Source: a virus (lineage: Duplodnaviria; Caudoviricetes). Taken from it: a DNA stretch of 64,000 nt. The position numbers were made by a program, and so were the translations under genes. Positions 38,200-50,500 of this stretch are shown here, piece after piece. The notes under the pieces were generated by a model, which was not told the origin of the DNA, made no database searches, and was given only the letters and a program-made list of their open reading frames with translations. The stretch lies in the IMG/VR virus record IMGVR_UViG_3300030095_005813, positions 1 through 64,000 of that record. One strand, 5' to 3'. Positions within the stretch are counted from its first letter, which is position 1, and each line of letters starts with the position of its first letter.

Positions 38200-41100
38200 T
38201 TGAGTGATGGTATAAAAAGATTTCCACCAGAATTTGATTCTACTAAAAAATATCCTAGGCAATATGATTTAGAACAGATTGATGTTTATGTAGAAGCATC
38301 ACCTGGTGAATATTTTAACATAAATGGATTACCGGAAAACATAGGATTCGGTAAACACGCGTTTACTATTTTTGTGACAGATGCGGAAGGTGGTGCACCA
38401 CTAAAAAACTTTTCTAATGTGTTATTTGAAGCAAAAGACTCTGCAGGAAATCTCATATATTCAGGAGTTTCTAATAAACAAGATTTAAGTGGTGCTAGTG
38501 TTTGTTTCATATGGATAAAAGAAGACCCAATAACTACAACAAACGATATACAGCAGGGTATAGGTTCTTTAACATTAGTAGGACAATTACAAGATGTACC
38601 TACTCAATATCAAAATGTTTATAATGTAAGAACAACTTTTCCTTTAAATATAAGAACAGATTTTTTAAACACTTCACCAATATTATTTCAAAGTTCTTCA
38701 AAAATAGCTTCTGATTTAACTATTACAGAAACTTTAGAAGCTGATATTGACAATCCAAATTTTAACAAATCATATGCTAACATCACTATAAAAAATTTAG
38801 AAACTTTTGGAGGTGAAGTTGAAACAATTCAAGTTAGTTATTTAGAAAGTGGTTCTTTATCAGTTTTACAAGATGAAGAATTTACACTTTTAACTCAACA
38901 ACGAGTAAATAAAGTTAGTGGTTCCTTTGAAGATGATATTGATTTTAGAATTTCAAGAGGATTGAATCCAATAAGTCAATCTCTAAGAGTCGTGATGCCT
39001 CCTATGGCAAATCAATCAGGTAGTAACTTTGGATTAGGTGACAACAAATTTAAATTTAAATTTGAATTTTTAAATAAAAATAATGAAAAGGCAAAAGATT
39101 TTGATTCAGGTGAAGATTTAAATATAACATCTTCATTTGTTGATTTCGTTGGACCGGCTACCGTTATAACAGGTGAAAACAATTTAATAGCAGGACAAAT
39201 GTATGTAGGTAACTCTGTTGGTCAAGGATTAGAAGTAAGTGCAGAAAACTCAGCATTTCTGAGAAGTATTGGTTATTTAGGATTCACAAGTGCATCAGCC
39301 GGAAGTGGTTCTGGTTTTATGTTATATTCAGGTTCTGTTTTAGCAGCAAATACTGATGATTATCAACAAGGTGGTGTTGGATTTGAATTTGTTTCAAGTT
39401 CAGAAGCCTTTATGAGATTCAATACAAATCCTGGTATCTTTGATGTTAGAGCAAAATCATTTTTCGTAGGTAGTGAAACTACACAATTCATTAGTGGTAG
39501 TGGTACAAATATAGAAATATCTGCTTCTGGATTTCATTTAACACCGGAAGGTAATGTTACAATGTCTGGCCAACTTGCAGTTGAAGCAGGTGGTACACTT
39601 GGTGGGTTTACAATAGGAGAAGATGCTTTATTTACAAGCAATTTTAGACTTAGTAGTAGTGTTAATAACAACGACCCTGTTTCATTTATTTCTTCAAGTA
39701 AATTTAAAGTAAGTGCAGGTGGTGTTCTTACAGCTTCAGCAGCATTTATTGAAGGGGCAATAATAACAGGTTCAACATCAATTGATGTTGGAAATGATAT
39801 TAAAGTTAAAGGTGTAAAAGTAGCAGCGTTAAATATTAATAACGAAATTACTTTAGGTGGTGACACTGCACAACTTACTGCATCATCAGCTATAATTAAT
39901 GATTTAACTTATAGCGATATGAGTGGTTCGTTTATTTCTGCCTCTGGTATAAGACTTGATGGTAATATGGTTGTAGATGGTACCGTTACAGCTAATACTT
40001 TTGTTACAAACACAATTCAAGAAAACTTTTCAACTGGTAACACGATATTTGGTAATTCAAATGACGACATTCATGCATTTACAGGTTCAGTAGTAATACA
40101 ACATACTGGGAGTAGTAATACTGGTTTATTATTATCAGGTTCTGATTTAAAAGTTGTTGGTGACATAAGTGCTAGTGGAATTCTTATAACTGGATTAGGT
40201 ATCAGTATGCCTGATAGTAAAGGGATAGCTTTTACTGATACGGGTATAGGAGATATGCAACTCGTAGGTGCAAGCAATAAACTTGCAATTTATAGTGGTT
40301 CTTTTCCAAAGATAATTTTTGATGTATCACAATCAGCAACTCCAAAAATAGGTATAGGAACAACAGCTCCAACAAAGGCATTACAAGTAACAGGTGACAT
40401 AAGTGCTAGTGGCGACATTTTTCTTGGTCACAACAAATTTCTTAGAAATAATGTCGGTGATACAGCATTATTAGGAGAATTTGGTAATATAGTTTACATT
40501 GGAAGTATAAACCATAAAACATTATTTCAAGGAGATACAACTAACGGTATACAATTTGGTCAAAATACATCAATACCATTAGTGATGAAAGGGCACATAA
40601 CCGCAAGCGGAGACATAAGTGCGAGCGGTAATTTAATTGCAACTGGTGATTTAAACATCGATGGAAAATCTCATTTTGAAGGAAACATAACTGCTAGTGG
40701 AAACATAAGTTCAAGTGGTAACATATATGCTTCAAAATATTATTTACATCCAACAAAAGATACTTTCATTGGTTCACTTGATGATGGTGACGATGTAAAT
40801 ATTGAGTCTGTTGATGACATAAGACTTAGACCAACTGATGATATATCCATTCATCACGGAACTACAGAATATGTAAGATTTGATGGTGGAAATCAAAGAG
40901 TTGGTATCGGAACAGATAGTCCTTCTGAAAAACTTCACATAGATGGTAATGTAAGAACAAATACAACACAAGGTTACTATGGCTCTTTTGTGCAAGCAAT
41001 TAGTAATGCTGGATTAAAATTAGGTAATGATGATTATTCAGGATTTATGTTTTTTAAAGATGATGGGAAAATCGGTATCGGGACAGAAAGTCCTTCTGAA

Positions 41101-44100
41101 AAACTTGATGTTGATGGTAATATAAAAACCACAGGTAATATATCATCACCATCATTTCAAAGTGGATTTGCTGGTAGTGGATTTAGAATCACATCAGGTT
41201 CAGATGGAAAAACATCTTTTGCAGTTGATGATTTAACCGTTCGTGGACAAATGAATGTATTTGAAATGTTAATACATCAAGTGAGAGCAACAAATGGTTC
41301 ATTATTTGTATCCAACACAGGAAGAATAATATCTGCAAGTTTAGAAAATGCATCAACAAAACAATACAAATTGTTCTTTGATACTGGTTCAGGTTATGGC
41401 CATTCATTTAGAGTAGGTGATGTAATAAGAGCTCAAAGATTTACACCAGCTGTTTCAGGAGACAATGATGGTGTGACAGATGGTCCTGCAAGTTATAAAT
41501 CTGATTTAACAATTGAATCTGTTACTGGTATAAGTGAATCAATAGCAAGATTAACAGGTTCAAATGGTACGACAGATGCTCCGACAGCAGGTTATGAATA
41601 TGTAAGGATTGGAAGTATATCAGATACTGATAGACAGGGTTCAATTTACTTAACTGCAGATGATGATGACGCTCCATTTATTGATGTTGCAGATGGTATA
41701 AAAACACATGCAGGTTTTAATACAACTGGTACCGTTAAAACCAGAATGGGTAAATTAACAGGTATAACTTCGGCTAAATTTGGAACACTATCTGGTTATG
41801 GATTTTATTCTTCTGGGTCATCTTTCTTAGAAGGTGCAATTAACGCTGATAAAGGTTCAGTCGGTGGTTGGTCTTTAAGTAATTCTATTATTTCAAGTTC
41901 AAATATTACTTTAGATTCTGTTAATGAAAAAATAACAATAGAAAATACTACTTTTGGAGCTGCAGGTGTTCAGTTAGAAAACGATAGTGGTGGTAAGTTG
42001 TATGCAGGAGATGGTTCAAATAAATTTTTACAATTTGATGGAACAAATGCTTTAATAAAAGCATCAAATTTTGAACTTGATAGTAGTGGTAACATTACAG
42101 CTTCAAATGCGTTGTTGAGTGGTAAATTAACATCAACAGAAGGTGCTATCGGTGGTTTTACAATAAATGAAAAAAGTTTATCATCTACTAATTTCACATT
42201 ATCTGCATCAACAGCAACAAATGAATTATTTATATCACACTCATCGTTTAAAGTAAAAAACTCAGGACAAGTTACAGCTTCTGCTTTATTATTAACAGGT
42301 TCTGCAAATACAAACTTTTTACAATTTACAAATGGTGTGTTGACTATTCGTGGTGATGTTGCTGCGTCATCTCTTTCAACAACAAACTTTAATGTTAATT
42401 CAGCAGGTCAAATAACTGCTTCTGCTGGTACAATTGGTGGATTTACAATATCTTCAACTTCACTTACAAGTGGTTCAAAAATAGTATTAGATGCTTCTCA
42501 ATCATTATTTAGTATAAATGATAGAACCTTTGGTAATGATGGAATACAATTAGATTTCAATGGAGGCTCACCAAGAGCATTCATAGGAAATAAAACAGGT
42601 TCACATTTTAATTTTGACGGGACAAATGTATTTATTTCTTCATCTAAATTTTTATTAGGTAGTGGAGAACAATTCATAAGTGGTTCTGGTGGTAAATTAC
42701 AGATTAGAGCTCAAGATGTAGTGTTATCAGGTTCAAGTGTTAGAGTTCAAACAGATGATTTCTTTTTAGGAGGCCAAGGTAGTTTTATAAGTGGAGCAAA
42801 TGACCAAATTGAAATCACATCAAGTCAATTTCATTTAGATAGAGATGGTAATGCAACATTTGGTGGCGATATTAAAGTTGGTTCACAACCATCACAAACA
42901 AATTTAAATGATGGTTTAATTCTTCATTATAATTTTGACCAATATAGTTCTGAACAACAACCAGGAGCAAGATTTCCATTACGAAACAATGTAGAAGAAT
43001 TTAGAGATATGACTGCTGACATTTCAATTGGTAATGGGAGTATTGAGGCAAGTAGTGGTAGTAATGCAATCGTAAACACTGGTTTATTCTTTTCAGGTTC
43101 TGATAGAACAAAAACAATAACATTAGACCACGACACAATTAACTCAGATATGATTGACACTAATAATTATAGTCTTTCATTTTTCTTTAAACCTGTAAAT
43201 GTTGCTAGAGAAGGTGACCCACCACAACAAATATTTGGTGCTGGTGGTTCGTCAAATGGATTCAATGCTTTCATTACTGCAAGTAAAATCATTACTAACT
43301 TTTATGAAACAGATAAGGGTTCTGTTACAAGTGCAAGTATTGCAAACAACACAATGTATCATCTTGTAACTACATATGAAGGTGGTGAAGCAAAACTTTA
43401 TTTAAATTCAGAATTAATTCAAACAGACAACATTAGTGTAGGAACAATAACAGGGTTTAGTGGTAAAATATTTTTAGGTGGTTTTACTTCTAATCAAGAA
43501 TATTATTTAACATCAGGTTCTGTTCCAATTAATTTTAGTGGAACTCAACAACCATATGAAGGTTATCTTGATGAAGTTAGATTGTATAAAGGTAAAGTAT
43601 TAACACAAAATGAAGTTAGAGCTATATTTTTAAATCCACAAGCAAATGTTTCAAATGTTGTGAATGGTGGACAAATTGAGGCAGGTATAATTAAATCACT
43701 TAACTCATCTGCAACAGCAGGAACAATATTGAATCTTCAAGCAGGTGAATTACATGCTGGAGGTTCTGGAAGTAGTGCAAGATTTTTATTTGATGGTACA
43801 CAATTAAGAGTTTCTGCAAGTAATTTCTTCGTAGGTAGTGAATCATTCATAAGTGGTTCAGGAACCAATATAGAAATCAGTTCATCTGGTTTCCATTTGA
43901 AACCTGAAGGTGATGCAATCTTTAGTGGTTCAATAACTGCTAACGATGGTACTATAGGTGGATTTACTTTAGGAACAACAAAACTAACAACAACAGGTTT
44001 TGAAATTGGAAATTCATCAACTGATTTTGCTCTTAGTTCAAGTAAATTTCAAGTCACACACGATGGTCAATTAACTGGTTCACAAGTATTAGTAGATGGT

Positions 44101-44532
44101 GGTAAAATTGGTGGTTTTGATATTACATCAAATCAATTAAGTATTGATAATATTAAGTTATCATCATTAGAAAAAGGTTTAGTAATTAGTAGTAGTGATG
44201 GTCAAGGAAAGGTATTGATTTCATCTGGAAGTTTATCTTCTACGGTTGGGTCAACAACAAATTATTTTGTTACACCAAGTTTTGAAGGGCTATCAACTGA
44301 TTTAGTAATAACTGGTTCACACGGTGGTACCTCAGTAGGTGCATGGCATATAAAAAATGATACAGCTACAGGAAGTAGAAATGAAGAATTATGGAACTCA
44401 GGTTCAGTTTCAATGAGTCTTTCTGATACAAGTGGCCAGGCAGGAGATGGTTCGATTCATTTAAGAATAAATGTGAAAAGAGAATTAGGCCCTCCAGGTT
44501 CAGGATTAACAGACGGGTTTGACCCAGAATAA
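38200..44532 (+). CDS. large tail fibre/adhesin with LamG domain
   Basis: ITASGDISASG, IGIGT..P and G.IGGF repeats; MYHLVTTY...LYLN...YEGYLDEVRLY LamG motif; GGAG SD plus TTG. Confidence 0.8.
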   Translation: MSDGIKRFPPEFDSTKKYPRQYDLEQIDVYVEASPGEYFNINGLPENIGFGKHAFTIFVTDAEGGAPLKNFSNVLFEAKDSAGNLIYSGVSNKQDLSGASVCFIWIKEDPITTTNDIQQGIGSLTLVGQLQDVPTQYQNVYNVRTTFPLNIRTDFLNTSPILFQSSSKIASDLTITETLEADIDNPNFNKSYANITIKNLETFGGEVETIQVSYLESGSLSVLQDEEFTLLTQQRVNKVSGSFEDDIDFRISRGLNPISQSLRVVMPPMANQSGSNFGLGDNKFKFKFEFLNKNNEKAKDFDSGEDLNITSSFVDFVGPATVITGENNLIAGQMYVGNSVGQGLEVSAENSAFLRSIGYLGFTSASAGSGSGFMLYSGSVLAANTDDYQQGGVGFEFVSSSEAFMRFNTNPGIFDVRAKSFFVGSETTQFISGSGTNIEISASGFHLTPEGNVTMSGQLAVEAGGTLGGFTIGEDALFTSNFRLSSSVNNNDPVSFISSSKFKVSAGGVLTASAAFIEGAIITGSTSIDVGNDIKVKGVKVAALNINNEITLGGDTAQLTASSAIINDLTYSDMSGSFISASGIRLDGNMVVDGTVTANTFVTNTIQENFSTGNTIFGNSNDDIHAFTGSVVIQHTGSSNTGLLLSGSDLKVVGDISASGILITGLGISMPDSKGIAFTDTGIGDMQLVGASNKLAIYSGSFPKIIFDVSQSATPKIGIGTTAPTKALQVTGDISASGDIFLGHNKFLRNNVGDTALLGEFGNIVYIGSINHKTLFQGDTTNGIQFGQNTSIPLVMKGHITASGDISASGNLIATGDLNIDGKSHFEGNITASGNISSSGNIYASKYYLHPTKDTFIGSLDDGDDVNIESVDDIRLRPTDDISIHHGTTEYVRFDGGNQRVGIGTDSPSEKLHIDGNVRTNTTQGYYGSFVQAISNAGLKLGNDDYSGFMFFKDDGKIGIGTESPSEKLDVDGNIKTTGNISSPSFQSGFAGSGFRITSGSDGKTSFAVDDLTVRGQMNVFEMLIHQVRATNGSLFVSNTGRIISASLENASTKQYKLFFDTGSGYGHSFRVGDVIRAQRFTPAVSGDNDGVTDGPASYKSDLTIESVTGISESIARLTGSNGTTDAPTAGYEYVRIGSISDTDRQGSIYLTADDDDAPFIDVADGIKTHAGFNTTGTVKTRMGKLTGITSAKFGTLSGYGFYSSGSSFLEGAINADKGSVGGWSLSNSIISSSNITLDSVNEKITIENTTFGAAGVQLENDSGGKLYAGDGSNKFLQFDGTNALIKASNFELDSSGNITASNALLSGKLTSTEGAIGGFTINEKSLSSTNFTLSASTATNELFISHSSFKVKNSGQVTASALLLTGSANTNFLQFTNGVLTIRGDVAASSLSTTNFNVNSAGQITASAGTIGGFTISSTSLTSGSKIVLDASQSLFSINDRTFGNDGIQLDFNGGSPRAFIGNKTGSHFNFDGTNVFISSSKFLLGSGEQFISGSGGKLQIRAQDVVLSGSSVRVQTDDFFLGGQGSFISGANDQIEITSSQFHLDRDGNATFGGDIKVGSQPSQTNLNDGLILHYNFDQYSSEQQPGARFPLRNNVEEFRDMTADISIGNGSIEASSGSNAIVNTGLFFSGSDRTKTITLDHDTINSDMIDTNNYSLSFFFKPVNVAREGDPPQQIFGAGGSSNGFNAFITASKIITNFYETDKGSVTSASIANNTMYHLVTTYEGGEAKLYLNSELIQTDNISVGTITGFSGKIFLGGFTSNQEYYLTSGSVPINFSGTQQPYEGYLDEVRLYKGKVLTQNEVRAIFLNPQANVSNVVNGGQIEAGIIKSLNSSATAGTILNLQAGELHAGGSGSSARFLFDGTQLRVSASNFFVGSESFISGSGTNIEISSSGFHLKPEGDAIFSGSITANDGTIGGFTLGTTKLTTTGFEIGNSSTDFALSSSKFQVTHDGQLTGSQVLVDGGKIGGFDITSNQLSIDNIKLSSLEKGLVISSSDGQGKVLISSGSLSSTVGSTTNYFVTPSFEGLSTDLVITGSHGGTSVGAWHIKNDTATGSRNEELWNSGSVSMSLSDTSGQAGDGSIHLRINVKRELGPPGSGLTDGFDPE

Positions 44533-44574
44533 AAAAATGATAAGTATATATTTATATATTAACAGGAGATTTTA

Positions 44575-47500
44575 ATGTCATTTACACGACTAAAAAAATA
44601 TGATTTTGCAGTATCACAATCTATTAGTGGTAGTTTTACTATTGGTGATACGGTTGAGGCATCCTTTTTAGCTAAAGCTAATAATGTAAATGTAAATTCA
44701 CATACAACACAATTTGTTGATTTAAAATATTCTGTGTTAAGTGAAAGTATTGATTTAAAAGAATTTCCTAAAGGCACATTTCCTGAAAGATTTTATATTG
44801 GTAATAGTTATGTTACAAAAAGTTTTGTGGCAGGTATACCAGAAGAAATACAATATGTTCAATTCACATTAACAGGTTCAATAAATTCTACAGGTTCACA
44901 CACTTATAGTAGTGGTGGCCTTTCATATGCAAATGATTTACAATTAGATTATGATGCATTTCAAATAAAAGTACACAGACCTAAAACAGAATTAAAAGAT
45001 ACAGGATTATTAGTATTTACATCTCCAAGTAAATATATAAAAGCAGATTCAGATGGTGTTGAAATAAAAGGTGGTCAAATTCAAGCAGACAAGTTGACGG
45101 TAGAAACATTAGAAGTATTTGGAGACGCTGCAATATTTGGTGATGTTACAGCTACAGCAAATTCACCATACACAAGTACACCTAATTTAGTAGGTTTATC
45201 AGGTAGCCAAGGTAGTGTAGCTACATTTGCTAGAGGTGACCATCAACATGCTTTACCTTTTTCAACAATCAATACTTTAGCTCAACAAAATGAATTTACA
45301 AAAATAAGTGGTTCAAAAACTTCAACTGGTTCATTCGGTGAAATAGAAGTGCATATAGGAGGAACTGCAAATAATTCATTAACAATATCAGATGTATCTA
45401 CTGGTATAGGTAGACCAAATCTTTCATCAGAAAATACAATATTCATTCAACAAGGAACTTCTAATCAAACACAATTTGGAGGTGATGTTATACCTACTTC
45501 AACTAACACAAAAGATTTAGGTTCAGCTGGAAGACAATGGGCAGAATTCCATGCTGTTTCATCATCAGTTAGTCATTCCATAGTTAGTAGTAAAGTTGGT
45601 ATTGGAACATTATTTCCACCAAAACCATTAACCGTAGAAGGTGACATAAGTGCTAGTGGCCACTTTTTTCTTGGTCACGACAAATTTCTTTATAATAATC
45701 TTGGTGATACAGCATTAATAGGAGAATTTTCTGGATTAGTTTACATTGGAAGTATAAACCATAAAACATTATTTCAAGGAAATAAATCTAATGGTATACA
45801 ATTTGGTCAAAATACATCAATACCATTAGTGATGGAAGGACAAGTAACTGCAAGTGGAGAAATAAGTGCAAGTGGAATAATTACTTCACCTAATATCTTA
45901 GCTATAACAACAACTACAGGTTCTCTTTTAAGTAGTATAGATTCAATATCTACCACGACTGGTTCATTGTTAACAAGTATTGATACAATATCTTCAATTA
46001 CCAGTTCTTTATTCGCTACAACAGGTTCATTGTTAGCAAGCATCGATACAATATCTACTACAACTGGTTCATTATTAGCAAGCATCGATACAATATCAAC
46101 AACAACTGGTTCATTGTTAACAAGTATTGATACAATATCAACAACAACAGGTTCATTGTTAACAAGTATTGATACAATATCAACAACAACTGGTTCATTA
46201 TTAAATAGTGTAGATTCAATATCAACAACAACAGGTTCATTGTTAAGTAGTGTTGACTCTATATCTGCTACCACTGGTTCATTACTTAATAGTATTGACG
46301 AAATATCTTTAACAACTGGTTCATTATTAAATAGCATAGCTTCTATATCAACCGTAACAGGTTCATATGCTATAACAGGTAGTGATGTAACATTTGGTAA
46401 TGTAACTTTAGGGGAAATAACTGCAAGTGGGAATGTAAAAATAGATGGTGATATAAGTTCAAGTGGAACTTTAAGAATTTCAACAATTCGAGATGCAAAT
46501 GATGAGGGTTCTTCATCTGATTTATCAGTAGATGCAGCTAATTTATTAAACATTGGTTCTTCTCAAGCAGATGAAATAAATATTGGTAGACAAGACAATA
46601 CATCAGTCGATATTAACTTGTATGCAGGTTCATCAACACCATCAATAAGAATGATAAATAAAGGTATTAAAATTAATCATCCAATAACTGCAAGTAGTAA
46701 TATAAGTTCAAGTGCTAATATTGAAACACTTCACACTGGTTCATTTGGAAAAGGATTTTTTAAAGGAAGAGTTGGAATCGGAGTAACAAATCCAAATACA
46801 GAGTTAGAAATTTATAGTGCTAATTCAGAAGCATATCACTATCCATTAGTGTTAAGGAATCCATATAATAGTGAAACTAATCTTGACTATGGTGTTGGAA
46901 TAAAATTTCATCTTGATGATGCTAATGATAATAAGTTTGGTTCTATAGCATATGAAGCTCAAACAAGTTATGCCAACATAGGTAACTTAAAATTTTATGT
47001 AGACCAAAATGATACTACAACACCAATAGCAACAATGACCACAACTGGTTTAGGAATTGGAACAACAACTCCATCAGCTAAACTAACAATAGAAGGTGAT
47101 GTTGCAATAAGTGCAAGTGGTGATATTGATATTGCAAATGAAAAAAGAATTAGATTTGCAGCTAGTGATGGAACATATTCAGATGATGGTTCAATAAGAA
47201 GAGCTAGTGGTGAAGCCATAAGATTTAGATATGATAAAAATGCTTTTATTTTTGATGCTATAGAAAATGATAATTGGGAAATAAGAAATAGTGGTGATTC
47301 ACCAGTATTTAGAGTAAATACAAACAATGGTACTTCTATCTTTAGTGGTAGTGCTGGTCAGTTTTTCAGTTTAGAACACAACACAGGACACATTGGTATT
47401 GGGGTATCAAATCCAACTGCACCACTGCATGTTGAAAATGATGGTTCGGTTAGTAATCTTCTAGCATATTTTAAAAGTGGAGACCAAGCGGCAAAATTAA

Positions 47501-50500
47501 GATTAGAAGATGATGATACTATGGCTTATTTTAATGTTCTTGATGACACCATTAGATTCAACTTTTCAAGTGATGCTTCACACGCTGGTTTAACAATAAA
47601 ATCAGGAAGTACAACGGCAGTAAATGTTGGTATAGGAACAACAAGTCCAGACTACGCATTAGATGTGGTTGGTGATGTTGGTATTGATAAATTTATATAT
47701 CATAATGGTGATGATGATACATTCTTTAAATTTCAAGATGCTGAAGACAATATACAACTTTCAGCTGGTGGTTCTCATCTTAACTTTACATCTACAGGTT
47801 TAGGTGTTGGTGTAACTGCTACAGAAAAATTTGATGTTGATGGTAATATAAAAGCTAGAGGTAACATTTCATCACCAACTTTCTTTAGTGGTTTTGCTGG
47901 TAATGGTTTTAGAGTAACTTCTGGTTCAAAATATTCTTTAGAAGTTGATGATTTAACCGTAAGAAATTCAATGTCAGTATTTGAATTACTAATACATCAA
48001 GTTAGAGCAACAAATGGTTCTCTGTTTGTTTCAAATACTGGTAAAATAATTTCAGCTTCTAAAACCTCTAATTATTCTGAAGACCATCGTGAATTTAATT
48101 TATTCTTTGATACAGGTTCAAATTACGGACATTCATTTTTAGTTGGTGATTTGATTAGAGCACAAAGATTTCAACCTTCAACTAATGGTTCTGGTTCTCA
48201 AGTGTTTAAATCAGATTTTCACATCATTGGTGTAAATGGTACAACTTCATCTTTAGCAAGATTAACTGGTTCAGATGAGCCTGAAATAGGTTACGAATAT
48301 GTAAGAATTGGAAGTACAACAAACACAGATAGACAAGGGTCTATTTATATGACTGCTGATGATGAGAATGCTCCATTCTTAGATGTAGTTGATGAATTAA
48401 CAGCTCATAGTCAATTCAATACAGCAGGTAAAACAAAAGTAAGATTGGGTAAGTTGAGTGGTATCACTACAACAACATTTGGAACATTACCTGGTTATGG
48501 ATTTTATGCAAGTGGTAGTGCTTATCTTGAAGGTTCAATAAATGCTACTGCTGGTGAAATTGGTGGGTTTGGAATAAATAAGTCTACAATATCAAGTTCA
48601 AATGGTAATTTAAAATTATTTAGTGATGGTGTAATATCAGGTTCAGATGTACATTTTAATGGTGGTACAATTGGTGGATTTACAATTGATTCTGATGAAA
48701 TTAAAGCTGGTTCAACTTTAGTATTAGATTCTGATACAAATAGTGGAGAAATAAAATTAGGTGGTGCATCAGATATTACAACTGGTGATGGTATCTATAT
48801 GGCTGGTGATAAAAAGTTTAGAGTAGGACAAGCATCAGATAACTTTATAAGATTTAACAATACTGCAAATAAATTAGAAATAAAAACACCTTCATTAACT
48901 TTAGATTCAAGTGGAAACTTAACTACAATTGGAACAATATCATCAAGTGCAGGTAACATTGGTGGTTGGACAATCGATACAGATAAACTTGCCAAATCTA
49001 ATTTATTTGAATTAGCACCTAATGCAACTTATGTGATTTCATCATCTAATTTCAAAGTCAGTAATGCAGGAAGTATAATAGCAACCGCTGGTACAATTGG
49101 TGGATTTGGATTAGGTGCAACAACAATTTCATCCTCAACAGGTACTTTGATATTAACAAATACTGGACAAATTACAGCTTCAGATGCAGACATAACTGGT
49201 AAAATAAATGCCACATCAGGACAATTCAGTGGTGATGTTATAGCTACTCACATCAATACTGATAGTGGTTCAATTGGTGGATTCACAATTGATGGTCATT
49301 CATTGACAACAGATGGTGTTGAAATTAATAAAACAGGTCAATCATTATTTATTAGTTCGAGTGATTTCAAAGTAAGTCATACAGGTGAATTAACAGCTTC
49401 AAATGTAAGAGCTGATGGTGGAACTATTGGTGGATTTGCAATTGATGAATCAACATTAAAATCAACTGGTAATAACATTATTATAGATGCTGTTTCCAAT
49501 GATGGTAAAATAACAATTGGTAATATTGGATTTGGCCAAAAAGGTATTCAATTAGATAACAATAATGGCCATCCAAAATTTTATGTTGGTGATGGTGGAA
49601 CCACTATGGGTTCTGATAACTTTATTAGTTTTACATCTCAGAACGGACTTTTAGATGTTAGTAGTCCTACATTTCAATTAGATGCATCAGAAGGAACTGC
49701 ATTTTTAAGTGGGTCAATAAGTGCAAGTGCAGGTGAAATTGGTGGATTTTCTTTAGGGATAAATAAAATATCAAGTAAAAATTTAATTCTTTCATCATCA
49801 ACAGATACAAATGAATTTATAATATCAGCAAGTAATTTTAATGTGAAAGCAGGCGGACAAATTACTGCATCAAATATACGAACAGATGGTGGTACGGTCG
49901 GTGGATTTACAATAGATGAAACATCCATTAGTTCAAATGGATTAACATTAAAGTCTAATGGACAATTAACAGGTTCTGCTGTTTCAATGAGTGGAACAAT
50001 TGTAACTGATGATATATCAGCTACAGGTGGTACAATTGGAGGATTTACATTAGATACTAATTTAAAAGCTGGTAATGATGGAGCAGGTGGTTCTGCTATT
50101 GATATTAATCCATCAACACCAAGTATTAAATTAGGAGCCAAAGAATCTATAGCTGATAATGATGGTGATACAGGTGCATTCTTAACTGACCAAGCAATTG
50201 CAATAGGACCACAATCAGCAACTCAAGGATTTAGAGTTACAAGTCAAGGTGTAGTTACTGCATCTAATGCATTAATAAGAGGTAATTCTCAAGTAGCTGG
50301 TTTTGATGTTTCAGATTCACAAATATCATCTCAAGCAGGAACATTAGTATTAAAATCAAGTGGACAAATAACTGCTTCAGCTGTATCAATGAGTGGTCAT
50401 ATAATAGCAGATAGTGGAATAGTAGGTGGATTTTCCATTGATAATAATGAAATCAGTTCTTCTGGCATCTTAATACAACCATACGCAGGTTCAGCAGTAA

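Noticed and set aside
44533-44574. Readthrough or frameshift joining the two giant fibre genes
   Set aside because: The gap has its own promoter motif and AGGAG SD, with further stop codons
40393-45834. Diversity-generating retroelement TR/VR pair
   Set aside because: Mismatches involve G, C and T as well as A in both copies, both copies are internal coding sequence, and no reverse transcriptase is in the window
45913-46365. CRISPR array
   Set aside because: Contiguous in-frame 42-bp coding repeats with no unique spacers and no cas genes
45807-46553. 248-aa minus-strand ORF
   Set aside because: Antisense shadow of the coding repeat
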